Source: Eledone cirrhosa (lineage: Eukaryota). Taken from it: DNA of 64,000 bases. The notes beneath the pieces are model-generated. The model did no database searches, was not told the origin of the DNA, and saw only the letters and a list, made by a program, of their open reading frames with translations. Where the stretch lies: positions 89,342,001 to 89,406,000 of the forward strand of contig OZ024746.1 in NCBI GenBank assembly GCA_964016885.1, given 5' to 3'. A program made the translations under genes and the position numbers. This document shows, in pieces, positions 1-13,362 of this stretch; positions within the stretch are counted from its first letter, which is position 1; each line of letters begins with the position of its first letter.

Positions 1-845
1 TATCTAGGGCATCTCCTTTTCCCTTATAGCAGTTAACGATGATGCTGCTACGCCAGTCCTTCGGAACAACCCCATTCTGTACGACTTGGTTAACTATCCG
101 GGTGACCATGGTGTGTCCCACCGAACCAGATGCCTTCAGCATCTCAGCAACTATTTCCGAAGGACCAGCCGCCTTACCCGTCTTCATATCTTTGATTGCC
201 TTGCTTATTGTACTACCCTGGACTAACACTGCTGGTCCCTCTATTGGGTCGATGTGGGGGAGACTGTCTTTCTCCCATTTGTTCTCCTCATTTAGAAGCC
301 TTTCGTAGTGACACTTCCAAGCTACCTTCTTATCAGCGTCGGTGATGGCAAGTATGCCATCATCGTTAAGCACACACTTCTCCCCGACAATATCACGGTT
401 TTCCTTGACACATTGCCTGGCAATCCTGAACACCTCACGTTTTTGGTCCTCACGTTGTAGAACATGCTTGAACTTTCTTTCCTCTGCTTCCCTTCTTGCG
501 AAGTACACTTGTCTCCTAGCTTCCCTCCTGGCCACCTGATAGTCTTCTCTACTTCCCCCATCCCGCCATGCTTTCCAAGCCTGCTTTCCAAGCCTGCCGC
601 CGTCAGCAGGTTTGCTCTCAGGAATTCCCACTGTTCCTCTATATTATACGACTCTAATTGCTCTTCCTTACTGTCGAAAGCATCAAGTAATATGCTTTGA
701 AATTTATTTCTGGCTATGGGGTCCTTTAGCTTCCATATTTTTCTCCTGAGGATAGTCCTCTTCCGCTGTCTAGTACGTCTCGTCCTGACTATGAGGTCGC
801 TAATTATCAGTCTATGTTGGGAGGTGAATTCTTCATGGGGGAGGG
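1..845 (-). mobile_element. RTE-clade LINE ORF2 fragment (linker and RT N-terminus)
   Basis: The minus strand translates to ISKAIKDMKTGKAAGPSEIVAEMLKASG...VVPKDWRSSIIVNCYKGKGDALD, the typical start of a LINE RT domain. It runs off the window edge. Confidence 0.88.
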
Positions 846-894
846 AACTATATATATATAGTTAAAAGAATAGAGGTGTAACACACAAGTTATT

Positions 895-1222
895 ATATAT
901 TGGTAAACGGAATAGAAAATGTTGACAAATTGTTCACAGTTGAAAAATGGTTTAATTAGGAATAAAAGAGTATTAGTGATTGTATGGGTTAGTATTCAGT
1001 TGTGGTTTTAAGTTTTTAAGTTTTTACCGGTTGCGCATTTCTAAATGCTTTTCAAAAATAATTTTGAGATAGAGTGTCCGTGCTGTTTGCTCTGATCGGT
1101 AAAAACTTAAAAACTTAAAACCACAACTGAATACTAACCCATACAATCACTAATACTCTTTTATTCCTAATTGAACCATTTTTGAACTGTGAACAATTTG
1201 TCAGCATTTTCTATTCCGTTTA

Positions 1223-1232
<10 letters not shown>
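895..1232. mobile_element. Fold-back element (~135 bp inverted arms) next to (TA)n, with a degenerate hammerhead at 1021-1058 (-)
   Basis: 896-1029 is the reverse complement of 1097-1230. The minus strand reads tttt-tgaaaa-gcattt-ag-aaatgc-gcaa-ccgg-ta-aaaa, a hammerhead layout with core mutations. A related arm occurs at ~19790-19890. Confidence 0.75.
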
Positions 1233-1317
<85 letters not shown>

Positions 1318-1867
1318 GCACGTCCTGAAAATAGAAATTATATTTACTCAAGTCAACAATATAGACATACAACACGCAGACGATTTCTCTTAATCACTGC
1401 TATACATTCTTTGTGTTATAAAAAGTTCACAGTATATATACATAAATATATACGATTAACATTCATGTCTTCATATATACGATTACCATTCATGCATTTA
1501 ACATTCTGTTAAAATTATGCATATCTGCAATCAAAACTGCGTGGTTAGGCAACATATCTCTTACCCACACACATACATATACATATATATATATACACAT
1601 ATATATGTATAAATAAATATTTGCGTGCGTCTTCCCGCATCGCTCATGTATACATACAGACATATATATACAATCATAAAAATCCTAAAACACTTTTGTT
1701 AATACACATATGTTAATACACACATACACATTTGAAATAAATATGGTTTTATAAATATAGTTTCCATTTATTAATATCGTATATCTACTCCAAATACTTG
1801 TCGAGTGCTTTATATCAGTTATAAAAATATTTACTTATTGTATCCCAACAATTTTAAATAGAACTTT

Positions 1868-1912
<45 letters not shown>

Positions 1913-1975
1913 GTTAAAATACTGGAGTGTGTTGGAGTTAAACACCCTCTTCGTGTTATAGAAATGACAGTAAAA

Positions 1976-2096
<121 letters not shown>

Positions 2097-2689
2097 AAGA
2101 TTGCGAAGGTTGTGTTGAGTGCCATGTCTCTTAGTGATTATTCAAAACTTTGTTAAGGAGAAGTTTATTCGAGACGTTAAATATAAATTCTGAAGGAATT
2201 AACATGCTAGTAGAAAACATATAACTTGATTTATTTTCTGATGGAAAGTAACATGTGTGGGCAGATGTTTCTGCCTCGACAAACGAATATGTTGGAATGC
2301 AAACAAAATAATATATTGTGAGATAACAGAAATGTTAGAAGGAATATATATACCAAAATCTGATGATAGCTTTTGTGTACGTTACAAATATATATGAAAC
2401 AAAGAGAACATGTGAAATGCTTCTGGGTCGGTATGTATATAGATAGGTGGATATCAATATCTGGATGTTTGTCTGATTATCTATAACATTCTGCAATCCG
2501 TACTACCGAGTGAATAAATGCCACTAAGATGCTGAAATACTATCATAGTGTTTGTTATTCCCAAACGGTACTGAGGTATGTAGGACATGATTCCAGCAAA
2601 AAATACTCATCGCATGACCTATGCATGTTTACGTATGCAGATTGCATACACTTCTGTTTGCAACTCTACTGACTCTCTTGGACCATACA

Positions 2690-3130
2690 TCCTTATTTCT
2701 ACTATTTTAAGATTTGAAGTCGGATTCCAGCGTAACCCCAAAGTCCTCCCATGACATAACTTTGGACGCCTTTACTGTCTCTGCTGCTATTATCTGTGTC
2801 TATTTGTACCGCACGAAGCAAGAAGGACTCATTTCCAAATCATACTTTATAAGCTTCCTTCTTTGCTCGTATGGCAACTTTGACCTCTCGATTAAACGAA
2901 GGGGTTCTCCTCCACCCAGTCACCACACCTAGCCTCTTTCGTCCACAGTATTTAACTGCTGGAGCAGAAACTGATGCGCTGAACTATCTCCGCTCTGTTT
3001 CCATGTCCTCAAATTGCTCAGTGGGATCTCTGAATTTGGATGCAATAGCATCTGCATACCTGGTTCTCAACTTCCTTATCCACCAATGCTTCCCACTTTA
3101 TACTGTAGGTCGCCGGTTTTGTGAGACATA
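2690..3130 (-). mobile_element. RTE/Expander-like LINE linker fragment
   Basis: The minus strand gives YADAIASKF...CGRKRLG...REVKVAIRAKKEAYK...SWEDFGVTLESDF, with stop codons. Confidence 0.7.
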
Positions 3131-3527
3131 AACAGAAATGTATGTCTCCATTCACGAATCACGTATATAGAATTATTAGTGGGAATGGAAAATCCAACGA
3201 ACGTGAAACTAATTAGGTTGTATCAGCTTATTCTCTTAACGAAGATATTCCGTATAGAGCCGAGCTGTTAACATGTGTCTATTGCATACAGCAATGGATA
3301 AATTATATTTATGTATATCTTCACACCTACACACGTAAGTACACATGCACATATATATGTATATGGATATGTATATTTATATATGAATGTATATGTATAT
3401 TTATATATATATGTATATATATTTATGTATATATAAATATATATGTATGTATTTATGTATATATGTATGTATATATATATGTATATATATATGAATGTAT
3501 ATATATATGTATGTATATATATGAATG

Positions 3528-3573
<46 letters not shown>

Positions 3574-3580
3574 TGTATAT

Positions 3581-4030
3581 ATAGTGTATTTTGCAATACA
3601 CTGTATGCTTAATTAAAAGCATTTCGAAAACCTTACGCTATTGTTTTAGAGTAGTGACAGTCTCACTTACTTTAAATTTTCAGCAAACAGGAGAGATAAA
3701 GCTGACAGAGCTCTGTTTCGTACTGATTGGTACTTATCAAAGCCAACTACTCCACCTGTTTGTTGAAAATCATTAATGTGTGATTCTTATAGAAATCTAG
3801 TAATAATCAGGAACTGATTATACAGAGCGGTTGCCGGTCAGGCAGAAATTGAAAATTGAATTGGTGCTCTGATAAGTACCAATCAGTAAGAAACAGAGCT
3901 CTGTCAGCTTTATCTCACCTGTTTGCTGAAAATTTAAAGTAAGTGAGACTGTCACTACTCTAAAACAATAGCGTAAGGTCTTCGAAATGCTTTTAATTAA
4001 GCATATAGTGTATTGCAAAATACGCTATAT
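3581..4030. mobile_element. Fold-back/MITE-like element with ~160 bp inverted arms, flanked by TA-rich tracts
   Basis: 3583-3743 and 3866-4028 are near-perfect reverse complements, mirrored by ORFs 3591+ and 3818- in the track. Confidence 0.85.
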
Positions 4031-4126
4031 ATACATTCATATATATATATCGCTATTTCAGAGCACCAATTCTAATATATATATATGTATATATTTACTG
4101 GTAACATGTATCCCAGTACAACATGT

Positions 4127-6165
4127 CTCATGGTCGGGTCGTTGGCGACTAAACTGGCAACCCCACCAAGGTTTCTTGGTGAGGAGGGTGACTTTGGACA
4201 TCCTGCAGGACTAAAAACAAAACATCTCAAAGGGCAAAGGAGCTCTTAAGAGTCAATGGCCATCCAAAATCACCCGGAGAGATGACCCCTTAGCCTTTGT
4301 CAAGGCAGAATTCTAGGAGAAGGAAAACTCTGATATAACACCTGCAACTCTGATGGTATCCAATGATGTTGACTTGTTCTTCTTTTTGGTAAATATCTAT
4401 CATCTTGGTAAAGAGAGTGGGACTGGCTTTGTGCAGTGCCTTTGCTCACTATAAAAGCTTCACGGCACAGGTATTGCTTTATATCTGGAGATCTCTCTGC
4501 ACTTGTCATCTTGATGTGGAACTCTGGCTGGCCGTAGCCTAAAAAAGACAAACTACATTACAATGAAGGTACCTAATATAATTGAAGTAAATGGCAACAA
4601 GGGATGTGGATCAGCATCATGTGAAAGGTCTGGCCCGGCAGGTGTCCGACGGCGCCGCATTCTGGGCCCGGTCGTCATCAGTCTACTGTGTGCAAACCAC
4701 TCAATTTTGGGTGTTGGAATGTGCGTACTTTGCTTGATTTTTAAACAAATGTACAGCGACCTGAAAGAAGATCGGCATTGATTGCCAAGGAGCTCAGGCG
4801 TTATGATATGGATGTTGTGGCCCTCTCAGAAACTCGACGTCATGGTGAGGGCCATTTTACAGAGAAATCCGGTGGATATACGTTTTTTCTGGAGGGGAAG
4901 GAAGGAGGGAGGAGGGAAGCTGATGTCGCTTTTGCCATAAAACAGTTATAACAGACCATCTTCAGGAGCTGCCGACAGGCGTTAGTGACAGACTGATCAC
5001 TGTGAGAGTTCCTCTAGAGGGTGGAAGATATGCAACCGTGATTGGTGCTTATGCACCAACTATGGAATGCATTGATGAAACAAAGCAGGCTTTTTATGAC
5101 GAATTAAGGTCTCTTGTCTGGAAAGTGCCTGCAGCAGACAAAATTTTCATTCTTGGAGATTTTAATGCTCGCGTGGGCCGTGATTGTGAGACCTGGAGAG
5201 CTCTGGGCAAGCATGGGGTCGGAAAGTGCAATGGCAATGGACTCTTGTAATTGCAAATGTGCACTGAGCTGGACTTGTTCATTGGCAACACTATGTTCCA
5301 ACAGAAGGACAAATACAAGACAACATGGATGCATCCTGGATCGAAACAGTGGCACCTGATTGATTATGTCCTTGTGAGGCGGCGGGATGTACAGGATCTG
5401 TGCAGTGTTCGTGTGATGCGTGGGGCAGAGTGTTAGACTGACCATCGTCTGGTGAGAGCAAGAGAAAGATGAGTAGTTTGTAAAAGGGAGAAACGGCGAG
5501 GGGTATCACTTCCGAAACGGCTGAACGTTGCCCGTCTGAAGGATCCTGAAGTCAGAGAAAATCTGGAAATGACTGGACTTCCTTTAAGGAGGTAGTTTAT
5601 GGGGCATGTGCTGATGTTGTTGGATTCACGGATAAGAAGCATCAGGATTGTTTTGACTAAAATGACAAGCTTATGGACAAGCTTTTGAAGGAGCAACATA
5701 TGCTCCACTCCGCATTGCTTGGACACAGATCAGAGTTTACAGCGTTGTTGTAACCATTCCCCTTCTTCTATGGAGCTGAAAGCCTGGTGCTGTACCGGAA
5801 GCAGATGAAGCTACTGGAAGAATTCAATCAGCGATGTTTTCTCTCCATCATAGGCATCCTTTGGCAGTACTATGTAACAAACGAGGAAGTTCTCAAGAGG
5901 GCGGATATCACACGCATTGCGAGCACACTGATGCTGAAACAGCTCCACTGGGCAGGTCATGTCTTGCGCATGAACCACTCTAGGATGACAAAAGGCTGTT
6001 TCCTACGGTGAACTACCTCAAGGCAAGTGAAACCAAGGGGCCCTCTGAAAACGCTTCAAGGACCAAATCAAGTGCCAGCTGGTCCAATGCAATATTGACC
6101 ACAGGGAATGGGGACACGTGGCAGAAGACAGAGAAAAATGGAGAGCGATCAGCATAGAGTGGAAA
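4127..6165 (+). mobile_element. RTE (BovB-like) LINE: 5'UTR, APE endonuclease and C-terminus; RT core deleted
   Basis: Motifs WNVRTL, DVVALSETR, GAYAPT, LGDFNARVG and WMHPGSKQWHLIDYVLVR, then a jump near 5750 to LLEEFNQRC...QLHWAGHVLRM. Stops and frameshifts are present. Confidence 0.92.
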
Positions 6166-6463
6166 TAATAAAAGGAATTCTGGGGTAGGGCGATATAATC
6201 AGTGTGATGAAACCTATATTCAAGACAACAACACCAATAACAACAAAACCGACAATATCGCCTACATTGGCCGCTGTAGTAGCAGTGCTAACAACACGCT
6301 ATTAATGACAACAGCTATCTCAACACTAATAGCCAATACAATTACCACCTAAGCCAGGCAGCGGTGACAAAAACAACAATACTAGTAATGAATTCGCTCA
6401 CGACCACGGTGACAATAAAAATTGCCGCTTTGGTCGTTGTAAATAAATTCCCATAGTAATAAT

Positions 6464-6557
6464 GGTTTCTTATATAGGCACAAGGCCAGCAATTTTAGGG
6501 GAGGGGAAAGTCGATTAAATCGACCCCAGTGCCTGCCTGGTTCTTTATTTTATCGAC
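6464..6557 (-). mobile_element. SINE 3' fragment (main family)
   Basis: Contains ggcacaaggccagcaatt...ctttattttatcgac, shared with other copies in the window. Confidence 0.8.
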
Positions 6558-7334
6558 TACTAACAACAAGAGTAGTCAGTCGTAACTACAGTGATATTTA
6601 TAACAACAACAACAACGCCAGGACAAATAAGGAGTAGGGATTGTGTGAATGGACTACCAGACTGTAAATAGAGCATAAAGAATAAATATGAGTGGGAGTT
6701 GTAGGTAACGAACAAAGGAACAAAACAAATAGTGGTATATAGATACAAATGCAGGTATACATACGGAGGACAAGGATTATAATACTATAAAATACGGATC
6801 CTCATGTCGCTAGTATATAATCCTATGTGTATAACAGAATGGTGATAGTTTGATTCGGGACGGACTTATACAGGGTATCCAGGTTTCTCCCGAGGTTGGT
6901 GTCGGTGTGCGGCCACGCCCGGTTCACATGGTCAAGCTTTGTACTAGACTATAGCCAGTACATCTACGTTGCTCATCTGTACAGTCTGACGAAGCTTCAA
7001 GTTGATCTGTGGTGGCATCTGCTGAACAGGTTATTTCTTTAATAACTTGTGCTCCGCTCTTGATTATCTCCATAATTTCGGTGACAAAGAGATTGCATGA
7101 GTCATGCCCTCCTCCCCTATAGGGTTAGGCTGTGGTGACTTTGGAGCACGACACGGTGTATCCAATGTGGTCATGTATGAGTCGCCACACCTGTTTGGAG
7201 AGGGCGGTGCTGTTTTCTTATACATTCTCTTAAAAGACCGCTGATCATTACAAGCGCCTCCTTTATATGCAGGACCCGGTGTAAAGCATTCAATTTCGAA
7301 AGGAAATCCCATACAAAGGAGGTAAACACCGACC

Positions 7335-8290
7335 ACCTAGACCCTAGGTTCGGTTTCAAATCTAGGAAAACCCTCCACAAAACAAACTTATGGATGATTT
7401 TGAGAAACAGATGGCCAACATTACATCAAGCGTAAACAGCAATAGGCACCCATCTAAGGAACACACTCACCACTAGAAACTAGCGAATAACATTTCTACG
7501 CTTAAACAATCGGACGGAATTCTCGTGCATGCAGATAAGGAAAGTAACCCCTACAACATAAACGAAACAACATATAAGAAACTAATTGTAAAGGAACTTC
7601 GAAAAGATTACAAGAAATCAACAAACAGACGAATAGCATAGTAACTAAGCTTAATATTGCGGATAGAACCGGACCTTACCAATTCAAAGAACCTCGTATT
7701 CTACTGAAGGCTCTGAAATCGAACTCTGAAACCGAACTCTCATTCAAATTTATCGTATCATCAAATTTGATATCGGCAGTATAAGCAAAAGAATTCAGGA
7801 CAGGATTATACTAACGCTTAAAAAAAGATCCAAATGCAGCAATGGTGCAGAACAGGTGGCGTAATGGAATGGGTCAACGGCCTGCAAAACAACGATGGGA
7901 CTACATTTACCCAGTTGGACATCTGTAATCACTATGTGTCGATCTCACCAGTGATAGTCAATAAGGCACTTATGTTTGCAGGTAGCCATACGGATTAAAC
8001 TGGGATGAAATCACCATTATTCACACAGCCAGGAAAACACAAACCAGGTTTAACAGTGAATTGGGGACTAGGAAAGAATGACCCGACAATTTTGACATCA
8101 CGATGGGATCGAGCGACTCGGCACGGGTTACAGACCTGGTTGGCATCTACATCCTCAGAAACCTGAAGAGCGAGATCTCAGCGTTAGGTGGTGGTATATA
8201 CCGCGACGATGGTTTGTTTACTCTACTTAATCACAACAACAGCATGATAACTAGGATAAGGAAAAAATAAAGTTCTTCAAAAATATATTT
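7335..8290 (+). mobile_element. Penelope-like element RT relic, Naiad/Chlamys-type
   Basis: Frameshifted motifs FGFKS..PPQNKLMDDFEK, ADKESNPY, FTQLDICNHYVSIS, FDITMGSSDSARVTDLVGIYIL and GIYRDDGL. Confidence 0.8.
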
Positions 8291-8572
8291 CGGCATAGAT
8301 ATAGACGATATTGACCCATAGATAACTCCTCGTTCTACAAATTGTAAAAACAACGACAGCGAAAGATCCTTTTCGACCTATATGTCAGCCTGGCGCATGG
8401 GTTGAAGGACATGTTTTTTGCCTGCGGCATATCATAAAATCGGATTTTCATTTAAAATACCGTTCTCATAACAACAAATACTTAAATTACATGTTGGATT
8501 GCATAAGAGAACCGTTGGCATAATTATTATGAATAAAATTAATATGAATTCACGTAACATCACTATCTTAAT

Positions 8573-9243
8573 TATAAGTATGTATACGTACATACATATA
8601 TGTATACAGACGTACAGTAGTATGTATATATATATACATACATGCACATATATATATGTACGTATGGATTCACAGAACATTTATTATAATGCTCGGTGTG
8701 TTTGTAAACAAACAACCCGAATTAAGCCGTACAGTGTCTACCAACCATCGTTGCTCCTTTGTTCAACACTGACAAAGGAACGCTGTTCTAGTTTCAAGCT
8801 TATTAGCTATCGTCAGCAACGTATACCTTCCTGCCAGATGGTTGAACGTCTGAAAGTATATACTTTCCTTATGCATATTAACGGCTGAGCAGCGTAATTT
8901 GCATATCGAGCGAGTTAAACGGCCGGGGTACCGAAAACGATAAACGGAAAAAATGAAACGAAATTTCATTTCCCACTCTTAGTACGGCTGTTACTTAAAT
9001 ATAAGTATGTATACGTACATACATATACGTATACAGACGTACAGTAGTATGTATATATATATACATACATGCACACATATATATATGTACGTATGGATTC
9101 ACCGAACATTTATTATAATGCTCGGTGTGTTTGTAAACAAACAACCCGAATTAAGCCGTACAGTGTCTACCAACCATCGTTGCTCGTTTGTTCAACACTG
9201 ACAAAGGAACGCTGTACTAGTTTCAAGCTTATTAGCTATCGTC
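8573..9243 (-). repeat. Two ~245 bp direct repeats (period ~429 bp), each ending in a minimal hammerhead on the minus strand
   Basis: 8573-8821 is nearly identical to 9001-9243. The hammerheads lie at 8781-8821 and 9210-9243. Confidence 0.85.
8781..8821 (-). ncRNA. Minimal type I hammerhead ribozyme (U16.1 mutated in this copy)
   Basis: The minus strand reads cgttg-CTGACGA-t-agct-aata-agct-t-GAAA-ctag-aa-cagcg. The second copy has ctag-TA but is truncated at the 5' core. Confidence 0.75.
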
Positions 9244-9669
9244 CTGCCTTAATGTCATTTTTATCTTAATGATATTTTATCTTAATGTTATTCTTATACT
9301 GAATCACCATCATAACTACAAACTACGAATGTAGAGAGCTTTCTCCTGCTTGTTCCTGTTTTTCCAAAATAAGTTCTACTGAATACCCCCCCCCCCCCAC
9401 ACACACACATGCATCGTATATATATGTATATATATATATTTGTATATGTATTTTTACATGTGTATGTATATATAATTATCTCTCGATATATATAAATATG
9501 TGTTTGTGTGTATATCTGTGTGTATAAATGTGTATAAATGTGTGTGAGTGTGTGTGTATTTATGTATATATATATATGTGTGTGTGTGTATCTGTGTATA
9601 TATATATGTATGTGTGTGTAACCTATGCATATATGTGTGTGTATCTGTGTATATGTATGTATGTGTATC

Positions 9670-9768
<99 letters not shown>

Positions 9769-9857
9769 ATCTATGTGTATATACATGTGTGTGTGTATCT
9801 ATATGTGTATATATAGATATGTGTGTATCTACGTGTATAAATATGTATATATATGTG

Positions 9858-9904
<47 letters not shown>

Positions 9905-9930
9905 GTATCTATATATGTGTATATGGGTGT

Positions 9931-9974
<44 letters not shown>

Positions 9975-11747
9975 TGTAAATACCACCTCCGTTGTGCAGA
10001 TTACCAGTGTTGTTATGTCGACAACTACACAGAGACAGACAAACAACCAGTGAGATTGATATTTAAGATAGAATGGCGAAAGAGTTACACTCATGTATTA
10101 TTTTCCTATCAGAAACAAACATTACAAAATTGATGGGTATTCAATATGAGTTGTCCTTTGAATCGAAGTCTCCTCTAGTTATATTCGCTATCATATAATC
10201 ATCTATTCAGATTAGACTGAAACAAACAAAAATAATAATCAACAGCAACAAGAAAACACTTTTCTTTTTGCCCCATTTCTTTTTCGCAATTGCGATGAAT
10301 CTATAGTGGATGATTCATCTATTTTTCTTTTTCCTTTATTGGCACAGATTACTATCAACATTGACTTTCTCAGCTAGACATACACATGGACACACACATA
10401 TAAAGAGATAGAAAGTATCCATTCATTTTTTCTTTACAAATACACGCACACGTACACGCATATACGCAAGCAGTCTTATAAAGATACGTTTGGCAATGTC
10501 AATAAATTTTGCCAAATCTGTATTTTCGAACTGTGTTTGCGCAAAACTCTAGAAGATAAAGATGTTAGTTATATCGTCTCGATTTAAAAGAATCAGAGGT
10601 GCATCAAATAATTGTAGTGGCATCCATATAATTACCGATGAAACAATGGAAAACTACATTTGATGTGAACGAGTTGAAGTTCTTTATGATATTGGAGACG
10701 TTACTCTAACATATATGTATGGTTTGGAGAGACGACTTTGAAAAATGTCTGAATATTGGAAGGAACAACAAACTTGGAATTGCAAGTTTAACGCTGATCA
10801 ATTTTAACGTCAGGTACATACAAAATTATATTATTTTGAAAAACTTAAAATTACGTGTAAAATTATAAAAAGGAACCGTCGAAGCAATATTAAATTGCCC
10901 CCAAGAAGCATATTACAAACTTTGTACTCTACCAAACATTAGATTGAAATGAAATTAATTAAATACCTTAGATAAGTAGTGCAAATATATATTAGTAGCA
11001 ATGTGTATACTGAATAAATCGCAAATGGTTTTAAAATATTTGCAATATGAAATAAATATAAACAAACCAGTGGCAATCAATCTTTGTGAAAAAAGAAACA
11101 ATTTATACAGAAAATTCGTGGAGTTATAAACAAGTTTGAACTTTGATTGATATTATTGTTTCATTTAAAAGTAAATAAACTGATTTTATACGAAATATAA
11201 GTAAACAAATCGAGGGCAAATAGGTCTTTTAAGAAAACAATGAATCATTCTTCCATATTTATACGAACATCTTATGGTAATAAGAATAAGTCTGAGTGAC
11301 GGTCGCTATTATTATGTAGATTAAAAGTATTGATATATTAATTTTATGTGTAGTTTCAACAAAAGACAAATATTTTAGTAAAAAATATGTATCCTTTCGA
11401 CTTGAATGTTACAAAGATAAGAACAAGTCTGACTGAATTAAATTTGCTATTAACATTTAGATTAAAAGTACTAATAGACTTTAGAAACATTAAAACCTTA
11501 AAAACTGTATAAATGAATTGATTAAAAACTCTGTTTTGTCTTAAACATTATATAATACGCAGCCAATGTGCTGAAAGGAAATTTCCGTATTAATGGAATC
11601 TAAGAATCTCGAGTGTAATGAATAGCAAAACTAGATAACGGTTGATGAATTATAAATGTATGTACTGAAAACATGCACACGCATACACAACACTACACAC
11701 AAAAACATTCACATAGTCATACATATACACCTGTATATATATAAAAA

Positions 11748-12960
11748 TGGGCGTTTGTACTGAATACCCTATTTCGTAGAGACCCTGAATAAAAAGGGGA
11801 GATGATTTCGAGGATAAAAATATAAATTCTCAACGAATTATCACAGTAGGAGGAACTAGTTAATTTGATTTATATTACGGATGCAAGAGACATCTCTAGA
11901 CAGATTCTTCTGCTACAATAAGCGAATACATTGGAACACAAACTAAATAAAGTAACATGATGAGATATTCAACTTATTAGAAAGAAAATATGTACCAAAA
12001 TCTCGTGTTAATTTATAAATATATATGAAACTACCAAAATATCGTAAATAGTTTTGGGGGTCCGTCGGTAAACTTCGATGTTGATGAAAGCAATTTGAAG
12101 ATAAGTAACTACAATAGCGAAATGGTAAAGGAACAACGCAAACAGAAAGAAGATTTAATAGGATTTTCTTTTCTGGGATTAAGAGTCATGAGGTTTTTAT
12201 TAGAGTAATTAGTTGAACACCTAGAACTAGTTTTGAATTGAACTAAAGCGTTTGCTCTACAATGATAGGTATTAGTGTATTGGCTCCTATTCTAAAGTTT
12301 ACTTGAAATATTATCATGAAATAGGGAAGATATGATGATGACAAAGAGAATTTTGTTATGGTTAATGCATTATTTATTACTGAATGTAACACGGTTTATA
12401 AAGAATGTATTACCTAAATAAAAATCAATGACATAAATATACAATCTTATGAAGAAGTAGGTATGGGCATATATTTAAGCAATTATCATTTATTTCGAAA
12501 TATGTTAGCTTTAAATAATTTCGATCCTATGTCTACAAATGGGGAAAATTCTACATTTACGTAGGCTCGAGAAAAGATTCGCATGGCTAATATGTTTACA
12601 GCGGACACCTCCATCGATTATGTTTCTATAGTTTTGTTTAGGCAAAATATGCTTTCCTATACCTACTTCGAAAGATATGTGGATTTATAAAATCCTTGTT
12701 TGAATGTTTGAAACTATATATACGATTGAACTCGAGGTGTTGGGCTTGGTGCAATACGCTAATATTTTTGTTCTATAGATTCTTTCTTGAAAAGAATTGG
12801 TATCGTTATAATTATAGGCATTAGTATTTTTGTGGATGGAAATGTTCAGTAGGTGCTTAAATTAAAGTTTGCCAACTGAAACTGTTATTTGCGCGACAAA
12901 TTATATGGAACACGTTTCTTTCTTTGGTGTGCAGGTGTTAAATCTGTATTCAGATGATAT
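11748..12960 (+). pseudogene. Decayed endogenous Mononegavirales-like nucleoprotein (N) gene
   Basis: One frame over 12241-12760, with scattered stops: *NIIMK*GRY...SYEEVGMGIYLSNYHLFRNMLALNNFDPMSTNGENSTF...YTYFERYVDL*NPCLNV*NYIYD*TRGVGLG. This resembles the paramyxovirus-type N core (EAGL...GELSTL and F-X4-Y-X3-W-S-YAMG). Boundaries are approximate. Confidence 0.55.
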
Positions 12961-13159
12961 TTTAATTCTTAAATGTAACCACGTCTGTTGAAGGCAGCCA
13001 GCAAACTGTATAGTGAAAGCTGGTAATCACAGTAAAAATAACAAAGTTGCTTATTTGCCATGCGATTTCGGTATTTTACAACCGCAATTATGTTTAAATT
13101 ATATCATATACTTGTCTTTCGATCTCATTATAAACATTTTGTCCAAGTCAGTATATTGG

Positions 13160-13362
13160 AGTATAGGCAGTGTCGGTCAATATAATTTGCGGCATATAGT
13201 TACGGCCCTTTACGTATGAGTTCAAATCCCACTTAGGGGAGATTGACTTTTATCCTTACGAGGTCAATAAAATAAAGTACCAGTAATGCATTGGAGTCGA
13301 CTTAATGAAATGTTCCCTTCCTCTTCAAATTGCTGTACTTGTGCTATAATTAGGAACAATTA
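13160..13362 (+). mobile_element. tRNA-derived SINE (main family)
   Basis: A-box-like ggcagtgtcgg, B-box gagttcaaatcc, and the shared 3' aaaataaagtaccagtaatgca. Confidence 0.8.

Noticed and set aside
2200-2680. Cys-rich decayed frame as another glycoprotein piece
   Set aside because: No ordered motif series could be established by eye.
6985-7015. CTGACGA upstream of the Naiad-type RT as a hammerhead
   Set aside because: No GAAA box or closable stems follow it.
11225-11245. TTAAGAAAA as a viral gene-end signal
   Set aside because: Too short and expected by chance in AT-rich DNA; no repeated gene-start partner is evident.
12421-12700. SMYD/SET-like resemblance (EEVGMGIY...FDP...RQNML..TYF)
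   Set aside because: The NHSC motif and post-SET cysteines are absent, and the N-protein alignment explains more positions.
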